From: an uncultured Candidatus Saccharibacteria bacterium
Lineage (GTDB): Bacteria; Patescibacteriota; Minisyncoccia; Phycocordibacterales; Zambryskibacteraceae
Length of the DNA stretch: 64,000 nt
Reading direction: 5' to 3'
Assembly (NCBI GenBank): GCA_964349945.1
Contig: CAYGIH010000002.1
Span: 125,492-189,491, forward strand
Part shown: one piece after another, positions 10,319 to 19,840 of the stretch
Layout of the letters: each line of letters starts with the position of its first letter
Position numbering within the stretch: position 1 is the stretch's first letter
Program-made: the position numbers and the translations under genes
The notes under the pieces: generated by a model
What the model was told of the DNA's origin: nothing
The model's database searches: none
The model's input: the letters and a program-made list of their open reading frames with translations, nothing else

Positions 10319-11795
10319 TAAATTCATTAACTCCCCACATGCGGGAGTTTTTGTTTTCATTTGGAGTTTTATTTTAGCTATTTTAATTTCATCATACGTA
10401 ACTATTACTCCAATATATAGTTTGGTTTTAATTTGTTTTGGTTTAATCGGAAGTATTGTTTATATTTTTATTAGAAATAAAGTTAGTATTTTATTTTTAA
10501 TAATTTCCTTAATTATTTTTGGTTTTGGTTTAGGAGTGATGAGGTATGCGGTGAAAGATTTCCATGAATCAGATAATTATCTAGTTTCAAATATTGATAA
10601 AAGAATCACTATAAAAGGTTTAACAGTGAATGAACCAGAACATAGAGAAAATGATATACGTATAGTAGTAGATACGGGCATAGATAGGGTATTGGTTAGT
10701 ACTAATTTGTTCTCAAAGGTGAATTATGGAGATGAGGTCGAAGTGGTTGGAAAGCTAGCATTGCCAGGCAAGTTTGTAAGCGATGCAGGTAGGGATTTTG
10801 ATTATGGAGCTTATTTATCCAAAGAAAATATTTATTACACTATTAGCTTTGCACAAATAAAAATCCTTGAATCAAATAAGGGAAATAAAATAAAAACATT
10901 TCTTTATAAAATTAAGAGCGCCTTCACGAATAAAATAAACGAGATTTTAGTAGAACCAGAATCCAGTTTACTCGCAGGACTTTTGGTGTCTGGGAAACAG
11001 GCATTACCAAAAAATATTTTAGAGGAATTTAGGCGAGCAGGAGTGGTGCATATAGTAGTTTTGTCTGGGTATAACATCACCATTGTGGCTGAGTTTCTAA
11101 AAAAGATTTTTGGATTTCTCTCCCTGCGTTTAGCCACAAGCGCATCAGTATTTGGGATAATTTTCTTCACTATTATGACCGGTGCGACAGCCACAGTGGT
11201 GAGGGCATCGATAATGGTTCTCATAGTTGTTTTGGGTAAGTCTATGGGTCGGACTTATTCTGTCCCCCGAGCATTACTCACAGCCGGGTTTTTTATGCTT
11301 CTTGAGAATCCAAAGATTTTGGTTTTTGATGCATCCTTCGAGCTAAGTTTCCTCGCAGTACTTGCACTCGTTTATGTTGAACCGATTGTATTGAAATATC
11401 TAACAAAAGTCCCAGAGAAATTCGGGCTTCGTTCGATTCTTTCTACAACCATAGCTACACAACTCACTGTCCTGCCATTCCTGCTATATCTCATGGGGAA
11501 TTTTTCTAATGTTTCAGTTTTTTCTAACATTCTAATTCTTATGTTTATACCAATCACTATGTTTGTTGGTTTTTCTGCTGTTGGACTTTCCTTTATAAAT
11601 TATTATTTGGCTCTACCTCTTTCATATATATCGCACTTGTTTCTAATGTGGATTTTGGGTGTCGCGCATTATTTAGGCAATCTGCCTTTCGCTCAATTAA
11701 GTATAAAAAACTTTCCATTATGGCTGGTATTATTTTTATATATTCTATTTATTTTCTTTATTTATAAGCAGAAAAAAACTAAGCAGCTTTTTTGA
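10284..11795 (+). CDS. comEC: ComEC/Rec2 DNA-internalisation channel, membrane (competence) domain only
   Basis: Polytopic membrane protein with the ComEC core (VVHIVVLSGYNIT). No MBL domain in this ORF. The exact start is uncertain because it overlaps the rnhA end. Confidence 0.7.
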   Translation: MGQGANIKLNFNKFINSPHAGVFVFIWSFILAILISSYVTITPIYSLVLICFGLIGSIVYIFIRNKVSILFLIISLIIFGFGLGVMRYAVKDFHESDNYLVSNIDKRITIKGLTVNEPEHRENDIRIVVDTGIDRVLVSTNLFSKVNYGDEVEVVGKLALPGKFVSDAGRDFDYGAYLSKENIYYTISFAQIKILESNKGNKIKTFLYKIKSAFTNKINEILVEPESSLLAGLLVSGKQALPKNILEEFRRAGVVHIVVLSGYNITIVAEFLKKIFGFLSLRLATSASVFGIIFFTIMTGATATVVRASIMVLIVVLGKSMGRTYSVPRALLTAGFFMLLENPKILVFDASFELSFLAVLALVYVEPIVLKYLTKVPEKFGLRSILSTTIATQLTVLPFLLYLMGNFSNVSVFSNILILMFIPITMFVGFSAVGLSFINYYLALPLSYISHLFLMWILGVAHYLGNLPFAQLSIKNFPLWLVLFLYILFIFFIYKQKKTKQLF

Positions 11796-12120
11796 TGAGT
11801 AGGTGGTGAGCTAATGCGTCTATTTCCTCTGTAACTCTTACTAGATGTTCTGTCACCTCATTTGCATCATAATTTCTTATTGATTCATCTCCAATGGTCC
11901 ATTCATGGTGAGTATCAGTGCTTTGGGTGGCATCAAGGTGAGGAATAAACATTTCTCTTTGGAGAATGCCTCGAACTGCTTCATCATAAGCTTCTACTTC
12001 TCTGCTAGTATGGGCATCAAAACTAATAGTCCAATTTCTTTCTCCTTTAGGTTGGATGATTTGTAAAATACTTTCTTGTTCCTTTTCTTTTGGTTGTTCT
12101 TCGTGAAAATCTATAGACAT
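11779..12120 (-). CDS. Hypothetical protein
   Basis: 113 aa ORF at native GC. No recognisable motif. Confidence 0.35.
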   Translation of the reverse strand: MSIDFHEEQPKEKEQESILQIIQPKGERNWTISFDAHTSREVEAYDEAVRGILQREMFIPHLDATQSTDTHHEWTIGDESIRNYDANEVTEHLVRVTEEIDALAHHLLIKKAA

Positions 12121-12124
12121 ATTT

Positions 12125-12727
12125 TTATTGTATTCGTTTATAATTTTCTTCTATTTTCTTCCAATTTATATTGGCAAAAAAATCTTCCACGTATTGTTTC
12201 TTACCACTTGGGAGATAATCTGCGACGTATGAATGTTCCCACATATCAAGACCCAAAATCATCTCACACCCGTTTAATTGTCCAAGGTGTTGTTCGTCTA
12301 CCCAAGAGATCAATAACTCTTGGTCTTTCTTATCGTACCAAAGTACTGCCCAACCAACACCACGAGTAAGGGCGAGAGCTTTAATATTAGAAAGAAAAGT
12401 CTCTACAGAACCGAAAGTTTCAGAAAGTTTCTTTGAAAGTTCACTTTCTGGATTGAGGGCCTTGGCACCATCAGATAGAGAGTCAAAATACACTTCATGG
12501 TTTCTCATACCATTGTATTCAAAAGAGAATCTACGTCCTAATTCTCCAACTACATAAGGCGCGAAAGCATCTTGAGTTGCATATCCTTGATATTCAGGAG
12601 TCTTTTCTAATATGGAGTTCGCATTCTTCACATAACCAGTATAGAGCTTTAAATGTTCTTCGATAGTCTTTGCGCTAATTCCTTTTAATTCCCCAATATT
12701 AAATTTTTTTTCTTCAAATGTAGTCAT
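12125..12727 (-). CDS. Fe/Mn superoxide dismutase
   Basis: DMWEHSY signature near the C-terminus. N-terminal His ligands sit in EEHLKLYTGYV. Confidence 0.8.
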   Translation of the reverse strand: MTTFEEKKFNIGELKGISAKTIEEHLKLYTGYVKNANSILEKTPEYQGYATQDAFAPYVVGELGRRFSFEYNGMRNHEVYFDSLSDGAKALNPESELSKKLSETFGSVETFLSNIKALALTRGVGWAVLWYDKKDQELLISWVDEQHLGQLNGCEMILGLDMWEHSYVADYLPSGKKQYVEDFFANINWKKIEENYKRIQ

Positions 12728-12747
12728 ATGAGAATTATACTATAGGT

Positions 12748-13602
12748 ATGAGTTCTCTAAGACAAAGCTGGAAGAAGCTATTTTTGGTTTTTTTGGTCAT
12801 TTCTAACCTAGTAGTATGGACAGCCGTATATGAGAGGCAACCAGGGAATCTCCATGTTTATTTCTTCGATGTGGGTCAAGGGGATTCAATCTTCATAGAT
12901 TCTCCAACACATGGGAGGGCGCTCGTAGATGGGGGGCCAAATACAAAAGTACTCACAGAGTTAGGAAAAATTTTACCTTTCGGAGATAGACGAATAGATG
13001 TGGTCATAGAAACACATCCAGATAAAGATCATATCGGTGGATTGACTGATGTGGTCTCAAGGTACTCTGTAGGGAAATTTTTGGAACCTGGAGTGGAATC
13101 ACCGAGTAAGGTTGATGATAACTTGAGGGCTGAATTAAAAAATAAAAATATTGAAAGTATTTTGGCACGAAGGGGAATGGTAGTGAATTTTAATGATGGA
13201 GTCAGACTCGAAATACTTTTCCCTGACCGAGATGTATCCAAATGGGAAACGAATCAGGCATCGGTGGTGGCTAAGTTAGTTTATGGAGAGAAATCCTTCC
13301 TTCTCACTGGAGATTCTCCAAAAAAATCTGAATATATGATTATGGAATACGGCAAGAAAGAATTGAAGAGTAATGTATTGAAAGTGGGGCATCACGGCTC
13401 AAAAACTTCTACAGCAATCGCCTTTGCAAGCTTAGTTCGACCGGAGTACGCGGTTATCTCAGCAGGTTTAAACAATAGATATGGTCATCCAAATCAAGAA
13501 ACTTTAGATACTTTAAATAAATTAGGTGTAAAAATCCTTTCAACCATAGAAAAAGGCACTATAGAATTTGAAACAGATGGAAAGAATTTAATTTTAAAAT
13601 AA
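12748..13602 (+). CDS. ComEC C-terminal metallo-beta-lactamase-fold domain protein (stand-alone)
   Basis: N-terminal TM helix, then the MBL fold (FFDVGQGDS, HPDKDHIGG, GHHGS). Confidence 0.7.
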   Translation: MSSLRQSWKKLFLVFLVISNLVVWTAVYERQPGNLHVYFFDVGQGDSIFIDSPTHGRALVDGGPNTKVLTELGKILPFGDRRIDVVIETHPDKDHIGGLTDVVSRYSVGKFLEPGVESPSKVDDNLRAELKNKNIESILARRGMVVNFNDGVRLEILFPDRDVSKWETNQASVVAKLVYGEKSFLLTGDSPKKSEYMIMEYGKKELKSNVLKVGHHGSKTSTAIAFASLVRPEYAVISAGLNNRYGHPNQETLDTLNKLGVKILSTIEKGTIEFETDGKNLILK

Positions 13603-13788
13603 AAATCCCTACCGGTGATTTGGTGGGATTGGGGTGTTGAGTCGTCTCCATTGTATGCCGGCCGAGATAGGAATCAGGCAAACAAAAAGTCCGAAAACAA
13701 TGAAAAGTCCAATAAATACCCAAAGCATGAAGGTCTCCAGGCAGAGTGTCTGTTTCAGTAATACTATTTAAAATACGTAGAGTCAACT

Positions 13789-14031
13789 CTAGATTAGTCC
13801 TGCCTTGGAGAGAGTTTTGTGGGCACCACGCTTGTTGATGGTCTTGATAGCCTTAGTAGAAAGGATAAGAGTGACAGTTTTCTTTAGTTCAGGTATATAA
13901 ACACGCTTCTTTTGGAGGTTGGGATACTTACGAACCATTCCTGTTGGGTTGAATTGGGTAGCACGAGTACGGTTAGAGTAGCCTCCACCAATTTTTGACC
14001 CCTTTTTAGTTACTGGACAGATTCTTGCCAT
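13789..14031 (-). CDS. rpmB: Ribosomal protein L28
   Basis: MARICPVTKK...FNPTG pattern typical of L28. Confidence 0.8.
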   Translation of the reverse strand: MARICPVTKKGSKIGGGYSNRTRATQFNPTGMVRKYPNLQKKRVYIPELKKTVTLILSTKAIKTINKRGAHKTLSKAGLI

Positions 14032-14714
14032 ATATTTGTATAGGTGAATATCCTAACACGATTATTGAGTATTGCAAAGTTTGGTATACTGGCCTTATGC
14101 AAATAGATTTTGTCTTTCAAATAGCAGTTCTAATCATGTCTGTGGTTATCCATGAGGTCAGTCACGGCTATATGGCTTATTATCTTGGTGATCCTACAGC
14201 CAAGTATCAAAATAGGTTAACTTTGAACCCATTTAGACATTTAGAGATTTTTGGTTCACTTATTGTGCCAGCTCTTTGTTATATGACCGGAGGATTTATT
14301 TTCGGTTGGGCTAAACCAGTGCCATATAACCCACATAACCTAAAGCCAGGGAGGTGGTCAGAAGCTCTTGTGGCTCTCGCTGGACCGGCATCCAATCTAT
14401 TTTTGGCTCTAGTTTTTGGAATATTTCTTCGTTTTTATGCCCTTGGAGCATCAGCCAACCCAGCAGTCATACATATCACCGCACTTATAGTTTTTATTAA
14501 CATTATCCTTATGGTTTTTAATCTTGTACCCATTGCTCCTCTTGATGGTTCAAAGATTCTTTATGCGATTTTCCCTGAAAGGATGTACCAATTCCGTGAA
14601 TTTTTCGAAAGATATGGATTTATGTTGGTTATAATCTTTATATTCTTTGGATGGCAATATGTTGCTCCGCTCGCCGGTGTATTCTTTAGATTGATAACTG
14701 GGGTGAATATTTAG
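14025..14714 (+). CDS. Peptidase M50 / site-2 protease-like membrane metalloprotease
   Basis: HEVSHG zinc motif and NLVPIAPLDGSKIL (LDG) motif. Multi-TM. Confidence 0.7.
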   Translation: MPYICIGEYPNTIIEYCKVWYTGLMQIDFVFQIAVLIMSVVIHEVSHGYMAYYLGDPTAKYQNRLTLNPFRHLEIFGSLIVPALCYMTGGFIFGWAKPVPYNPHNLKPGRWSEALVALAGPASNLFLALVFGIFLRFYALGASANPAVIHITALIVFINIILMVFNLVPIAPLDGSKILYAIFPERMYQFREFFERYGFMLVIIFIFFGWQYVAPLAGVFFRLITGVNI

Positions 14715-14776
14715 CTATAAGCTTGCGTTAATCCGTTCTTTTTAGTAGAGTATGGGTCTCCGTTTGGAGGTTTTTT

Positions 14777-15190
14777 ATGTCAACAATCAATCAGCTAGTC
14801 AAGAGAAAAAGAAGCAAAACTACTCGCAAATCAAAGGCGATTGCCCTTACTCGTGGCTTTAATACTATTAAAAACCGCCCAATCTACTTTAACTCTCCAT
14901 TCAAGCGTGGTGTTTGTACCAAGGTGACCACCAAGACTCCAAAGAAACCTAACTCCGCTGTTCGAAAGATTGCCCGTGTTCGTCTATCGAATGGCCAAGA
15001 AGTGACTGCCTACATCCCAGGAGAAGGACACAACCTACAAGAACACTCAGTGGTGGTTATCCGCGGAGGTCGTGTGAAGGACCTTGGAGTTAGATACACT
15101 ATTGTACGAGGACTCCTCGATGCTCAAGGCGTAGAGAAGAGACGACAGTCAAGAAGCCAATATGGAACTAAGAAGCCTAAGGCCAAATAA
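14777..15190 (+). CDS. rpsL: Ribosomal protein S12
   Basis: PTINQLV-like N-terminus and conserved PKKPNSA. One of the few native genes with a GGAGG SD. Confidence 0.95.
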   Translation: MSTINQLVKRKRSKTTRKSKAIALTRGFNTIKNRPIYFNSPFKRGVCTKVTTKTPKKPNSAVRKIARVRLSNGQEVTAYIPGEGHNLQEHSVVVIRGGRVKDLGVRYTIVRGLLDAQGVEKRRQSRSQYGTKKPKAK

Positions 15191-15195
15191 TTTTT

Positions 15196-15666
15196 ATGCG
15201 AAGAAAACTCAAAGCCAAACCAAAAATAACCCCAGATTCAGTCTATGAATCAGAAAAAGTAGCGAAGTTTATTAACTACACCATGCTTGAAGGTAAGAAA
15301 ACTACTGCTCGAGGAGTAGTTTATAGAGCGCTTGATGAGATAAAGGAGAAGGCCAAGGTGACTGATCCTATGGAAATCTTTGAACTTGCTTTGAAGAACA
15401 CTGGTCCTACTATGGAAGTTCGTTCTCGAAGAGTTGGAGGTGCGAACTACCAAATCCCACGTGAAGTTCGCCCAGAGAGACGACAACAGCTATCTATGAA
15501 ATGGATTATTGAAGCTGCTCGAAGCAAGAAAGGCAAGCCAATGCATGAGAAACTCGCAGAAGAAATTATTTTGGCTTCAAACAATGAAGGGGATGCAGTG
15601 AAGAAGCGTGAGACTACGCACCGAATGGCTGAAGCCAACAAGGCCTTCGCCCACTTCGCTTGGTAA
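15196..15666 (+). CDS. rpsG: Ribosomal protein S7
   Basis: Conserved S7 sequence and operon position. Confidence 0.95.
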   Translation: MRRKLKAKPKITPDSVYESEKVAKFINYTMLEGKKTTARGVVYRALDEIKEKAKVTDPMEIFELALKNTGPTMEVRSRRVGGANYQIPREVRPERRQQLSMKWIIEAARSKKGKPMHEKLAEEIILASNNEGDAVKKRETTHRMAEANKAFAHFAW

Positions 15667-15703
15667 TTATTTATTAATATTGTTTTTTTAATTTGTTATT
15701 TAA

Positions 15704-17869
15704 ATGGAACGAGATTATCCACTAGAGAGAGTTAGAAACTTCGGTATCATTGCGCATATTGATGCGGGTAAAACCACAACTTCAGAGCGAGTGCTTTTTT
15801 ATACTGGTGCCCAACACTCAATCGGTGAAGTTCATGAAGGAGATACCACTACTGACTGGATGGAACAAGAGCGAGAGCGAGGTATCACCATCACCGCTGC
15901 GGCCATCACTTGTTTTTGGGCTCCTACATACTTGACCAAAGAGCAACACGAGAAGAAAGAAAATAAATATCGTTTTAATATCATCGATACCCCAGGGCAC
16001 ATCGACTTTACTGTAGAAGTGAAGCGTTCTCTCCGCGTGCTCGACGGTGCAGTTGTGGTTTTCGATGGTGTAGCTGGAGTAGAGCCTCAATCAGAAACAA
16101 ACTGGCGTTATGCAGAAGATGCCAAGGTGCCTCGCGTATGTTTCATCAACAAACTTGACCGAACAGGTGCATCTTTTGAACGTTCATACAAATCTATTTT
16201 GGACAGACTTTCAAAGAAAGCAGTTAGAATGCAAATCCCTATAGGAGAAGAAGATAAACATGAGGGAGTTGTTGATCTTCTAAAAATGAAGGCTTACTAC
16301 TTCGAAGGTAATATGGGTAATCAAGTGGTTGAGAAGGAAATCCCAGCAGAATATCTAGAAACTGCTACAAAATATCGTGCTGACCTCGTAGAAAGAATCG
16401 TAGAAAACGATGAGCACCTCATGAATGCTTACCTTGAAGGTAAGGAAATTTCTCTTGAAGCTCTAAAGGAAACTCTTCGTAAGGCAGTTATCACTAATAA
16501 AATTTTCCCTGTTTATGCTGGTTCAGCTTTGAAGAACAAAGGTGTTCAACTCGTCCTCGATGCAGTGGTTGAACTGCTTCCTTCACCTTTGGACATCCCT
16601 CCTGTTTCTGGTATTGACCCAAACACAGGACTTGAAATCCTTAGACACGCATCTGATTCTGAACCATTTTCAGCACTAGCCTTTAAACTTCAAGCAGACC
16701 CATTCGTTGGTCAGCTTACATTCTTCCGTGTGTATTCAGGAACAATTGAATCAGGAAGTTATATTTACAACTCAACTACAGGCAACAAAGAGAGACTTGG
16801 TCGTATTGTAAGGCTTCAGGCCAACGACAGAGAGGAAGTGAAAAAAGTTTATGCAGGAGAAATCGCCGCCGCAGTAGGCTTGAAGGAAGCCAAGACTTCT
16901 CATACTTTCTCTGATGAAAATTCTCCAATCATCCTCGACCAAATCACATTCCCTGAACCAGTTATTTCTCTCCGTATTGAACCAAAGACAAAAGCTGACC
17001 AAGAGAAAATGGGATTTGCATTGAAGAGACTTTCGGATGAAGACCCAACTTTCAAAATTAAATCAGATTCAGAAACTGGTGAGACAGTTATCATGGGTAT
17101 GGGTGAACTTCACTTAGAAATCCTTGTAGACAGAATGAAGAGAGAATTCTCTGTGGAAGCCAATGTAGGTAAACCTCAAGTGGCTTACAAGGAAACTATC
17201 CAAGGTGAAGCAGAAGTTGATAACAAATACATCAAGCAAACAGGAGGTAAGGGACAATACGGTCACGTACGAATCAAGATTAAACCTCTACCTAAATATG
17301 ATCCAGAAGAGAAAGTACCAAAGAATGCTCATAGGGAAGAAGGTTTCGAATTCATTGATGCTATTAAGGGAGGAGTTATCCCTCAAGAATTTATCCCTGC
17401 AGTAGAGAAGGGAGTGAAGGAAGCTATGGAACGTGGAATCCTCGCAGGCTACAAGATGGTAGATATTTCTTGTGAATTGAATTTCGGTTCTTCACACGAT
17501 GTGGACTCATCAGAAATCGCTTACAAGATTGCTGCCTCTCAAGCATTTCAAGAAGCGGCCAAGAAGGCTCGACCAGTTATCCTTGAACCTATTATGAAAG
17601 TAGAAGTAGTAGTACCTGAGAAGTTCATGGGAGACATCACTGGAAACCTTAGCGGTAAGCGTGGACAGATAGAAGCTATGGAAGACAGAAACGAACTCAA
17701 GGTGGTCCGAGCGATGGTGCCTCTTTCAGAAATGTTCGGATACGTCACCGCTCTTCGTTCTATGACCGAAGGTCGTGGTTCATCCACTATGGAGTTTGAT
17801 CACTATGCTATCGTTCCTCCAAACGTAGCCACAGCTATTATTGAGCAGAGAACAGGAGCAAAGGCTTAA
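15704..17869 (+). CDS. fusA: Elongation factor G
   Basis: G1 motif AHIDAGKTT, DTPGHIDF, 721 aa. Confidence 0.95.
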   Translation: MERDYPLERVRNFGIIAHIDAGKTTTSERVLFYTGAQHSIGEVHEGDTTTDWMEQERERGITITAAAITCFWAPTYLTKEQHEKKENKYRFNIIDTPGHIDFTVEVKRSLRVLDGAVVVFDGVAGVEPQSETNWRYAEDAKVPRVCFINKLDRTGASFERSYKSILDRLSKKAVRMQIPIGEEDKHEGVVDLLKMKAYYFEGNMGNQVVEKEIPAEYLETATKYRADLVERIVENDEHLMNAYLEGKEISLEALKETLRKAVITNKIFPVYAGSALKNKGVQLVLDAVVELLPSPLDIPPVSGIDPNTGLEILRHASDSEPFSALAFKLQADPFVGQLTFFRVYSGTIESGSYIYNSTTGNKERLGRIVRLQANDREEVKKVYAGEIAAAVGLKEAKTSHTFSDENSPIILDQITFPEPVISLRIEPKTKADQEKMGFALKRLSDEDPTFKIKSDSETGETVIMGMGELHLEILVDRMKREFSVEANVGKPQVAYKETIQGEAEVDNKYIKQTGGKGQYGHVRIKIKPLPKYDPEEKVPKNAHREEGFEFIDAIKGGVIPQEFIPAVEKGVKEAMERGILAGYKMVDISCELNFGSSHDVDSSEIAYKIAASQAFQEAAKKARPVILEPIMKVEVVVPEKFMGDITGNLSGKRGQIEAMEDRNELKVVRAMVPLSEMFGYVTALRSMTEGRGSSTMEFDHYAIVPPNVATAIIEQRTGAKA

Positions 17870-17875
17870 TTAATC

Positions 17876-17900
17876 AAAAAAACCGCTTCGGCGGTTTTTT
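17876..17900 (+). terminator. Intrinsic terminator after fusA (AAAAACCGCTTCGGCGGTTTTTT)
   Basis: GC stem CCGC-TTCG-GCGG followed by a T-run. Confidence 0.7.
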
Positions 17901-17942
17901 GAATGGTGTATAATTGATTCATTAATAAATATACATAAAAAT

Positions 17943-18332
17943 ATGGCTGGAAATAAATATGAACCAACCCCAGATGAATTAGCCGATGGGGAAGAAAATT
18001 TAACTGAATACCAGACTCAACTATCAAGAGATAGAAGAGAAATGATGAAAGGTGTTGACTTGGAGCTATTAAAAAAATGTAATTTAGAACTTAATGCTAA
18101 CGGTATGGCGATTATGGGTACGATAGATGGGACTGCAATCAGACTCAGGCTTACACCAGAGGGAGGGTATGGAGGAGGAATAGGGGATCCAGAAGTATTT
18201 TTAGACAATGATATGGCGGAGAAACTTTGGCAAAAATACTATCCGATTGCAAAAATAATAAAACATGATGGTGAGATGGAAACAACCGGAGAGCAAGCAA
18301 AACTTGAGGCGTCTAGATTGTTAAGTTTATAA
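17943..18332 (+). CDS. Hypothetical protein (native GC)
   Basis: 129 aa ORF preceded by a TATAAT box. No SD, as is typical of native genes here. Confidence 0.5.
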   Translation: MAGNKYEPTPDELADGEENLTEYQTQLSRDRREMMKGVDLELLKKCNLELNANGMAIMGTIDGTAIRLRLTPEGGYGGGIGDPEVFLDNDMAEKLWQKYYPIAKIIKHDGEMETTGEQAKLEASRLLSL

Positions 18333-18402
18333 TAGTAAAATAAGTTTTCAACAAAAAAACGGCTTAACAAGGCTGTTTTTTGTTATATTTGAGGCTAAAT
18401 GC

Positions 18403-18431
18403 TTGACATTTAATACTGACTGTGCTATTAT
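18403..18431 (+). promoter_or_regulatory. Near-consensus sigma70 promoter TTGACA-N17-TATTAT driving high-GC cassette gene
   Basis: TTGACA at 18403-18408, 17-nt spacer, TATTAT at 18426-18431. GGAGG SD at 18475-18479. Confidence 0.6.
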
Positions 18432-18485
18432 ACACAAGTACAGATGTCCTTTCCCACTACAACGGCCTAGCGCCGGAGGTATCCC

Positions 18486-19106
18486 GTGAACCGGTTTGAG
18501 AAGCTCCTGAACGCCCTGTTGGCGAAGATCGAGTCCGTCCGCGCCCTGTGCGCTGACATCCCGACCGACGTGGCGACGAAGGTGAGCGAAGAGCTCGCCC
18601 ACGTCGTGAAGGTTCTGCGTGACCCGCAGGCCATCACGACCGGTCGCAACGTCGGCTACGTCGGCGCCCTCGCGGAGGAGGCTCTGAGGGATCTGCGCTC
18701 GAACGAGCGTCGGTTCCTCATCACCCTCGGCACGATCAACGGTCTGCGAGAGCGGATCGGTGCGCTTCACCCGCAGACGCCCATGAAGATGGGGGTCTCG
18801 GACGCCATCACGCTCTACGACATCTCGCGCCAGAATCATGACACGGGGACCGCTGTGCTCCGCACGGAGTACGACGGCATCCTGTTCCTCATGGAGGAGG
18901 CCGAGACCCAGTCCCGGCTTCTGCGCTCGCGCGAAGCGGACGAGCGGATTCGCGAGACCATCGCGAACGGCGTCGTCGGCGCGATCAAGCCGGCCAAGCG
19001 CGGTCGGGCTGCAGGCAAGAGACTTGCTGATGCTGAACGTCGTTCCCAGATGAAGGGCAAGACGAACGGCGGTGGCAAGAACAACCGCAAGCAGAAGACG
19101 GCGTAG
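18486..19106 (+). CDS. High-GC (about 65%) hypothetical protein with basic C-terminal tail; GTG start
   Basis: GGAGG, 6 nt, then GTG. Private promoter and terminator. Composition is foreign to the genome. The antisense ORF 18348-19274 is judged to be a GC artefact. Confidence 0.55.
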   Translation: MNRFEKLLNALLAKIESVRALCADIPTDVATKVSEELAHVVKVLRDPQAITTGRNVGYVGALAEEALRDLRSNERRFLITLGTINGLRERIGALHPQTPMKMGVSDAITLYDISRQNHDTGTAVLRTEYDGILFLMEEAETQSRLLRSREADERIRETIANGVVGAIKPAKRGRAAGKRLADAERRSQMKGKTNGGGKNNRKQKTA

Positions 19107-19107
19107 T

Positions 19108-19168
19108 CGGGGTTCGCCCCACGAAAAGTTCCCACGGATTCCCGTGAGCACTATTCGTGGGGCTTTTT
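19108..19168 (+). terminator. Compound hairpin terminator (GGGGTTCGCCCC ... CCCCACGAA/TTCGTGGGG + T-run)
   Basis: Nested GC hairpins ending in CTTTTTG. Confidence 0.55.
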
Positions 19169-19224
19169 GTTTTCCTAAAAATGTGTAATATAGCCAGAGG
19201 CCCCATAACCAGAGGAGTATGCGC

Positions 19225-19575
19225 ATGTATAATGGTCCGGATTCTGATGTGCAAGGAGTGCCAGTAGTTCCCACTGCATCAGGCCTGTCGAAGGTTCATC
19301 ACAGCGATCTTACGGGTCTTACCCAACCAACGATCAGAGAAGTGGATGCCATGGTGGCCCACTTCAAGGGATGGAAGATGCCATCCCTTGTGGTCGCTCT
19401 TGCTGAGACGGGTTTCGTACATCGTGCGGCATGGTCGCACGGGGAAACCAAGGTTACTCAGGATGAACTCGATCGCGCGAATCGCTGTCTCTCGAAGCAC
19501 ATCACTGGTCAAATCAGGATGAATCGGGAGTACATCTGGTTTGCCAAGACGGGCGGATCAAATCCGGTGAACTAA
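19225..19575 (+). CDS. Mid/high-GC hypothetical protein, second gene of the island
   Basis: GAGGAG SD 7 nt upstream of ATG 19225. Followed by terminator AGGCCCC-AAC-GGGGCCTTTTTT. Confidence 0.45.
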   Translation: MYNGPDSDVQGVPVVPTASGLSKVHHSDLTGLTQPTIREVDAMVAHFKGWKMPSLVVALAETGFVHRAAWSHGETKVTQDELDRANRCLSKHITGQIRMNREYIWFAKTGGSNPVN

Positions 19576-19578
19576 CCC

Positions 19579-19602
19579 AAGGCCCCAACGGGGCCTTTTT
19601 TC
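19579..19602 (+). terminator. Intrinsic terminator
   Basis: GGCCCC/GGGGCC stem plus T6. Confidence 0.65.
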
Positions 19603-19840
19603 TTTAATGAATATTGCCCATTGGATATTGACTATTTTAGTAGTTTTGCGTAAGATAGCCCTTACGCGTCATGTGCCGTTTTTAATTTGCTCTTTGAGAT
19701 CTTTTCTTAATAGACCGAATGAAAATATGGCTTTATTACGCGCTCAATCTAATTCTAGGTCGAAGAGAGCAAATGTTCTCGCGCGCTCCCTTCGTTTTAG
19801 AATTTACCCTTATTTAATTTAATAATAATTATTTACTCAA

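Noticed and set aside
15750-17787. Multiple 60-90 aa ORFs on either strand inside fusA, and similar ones inside tuf, ftsH and recG
   Set aside because: They are fully nested in strongly supported conserved genes and have no independent signals.
18348-19274. 308-aa minus-strand ORF spanning the whole 65%-GC island
   Set aside because: Long open frames on both strands are expected in high-GC DNA. The promoter, SD, GTG start and terminator all support the + strand genes. There is no start context for the antisense ORF.
19607-19822. 71-aa ORF in tuf leader
   Set aside because: It lies within a promoter/leader region, has an odd composition and has no SD. It is more likely non-coding leader.
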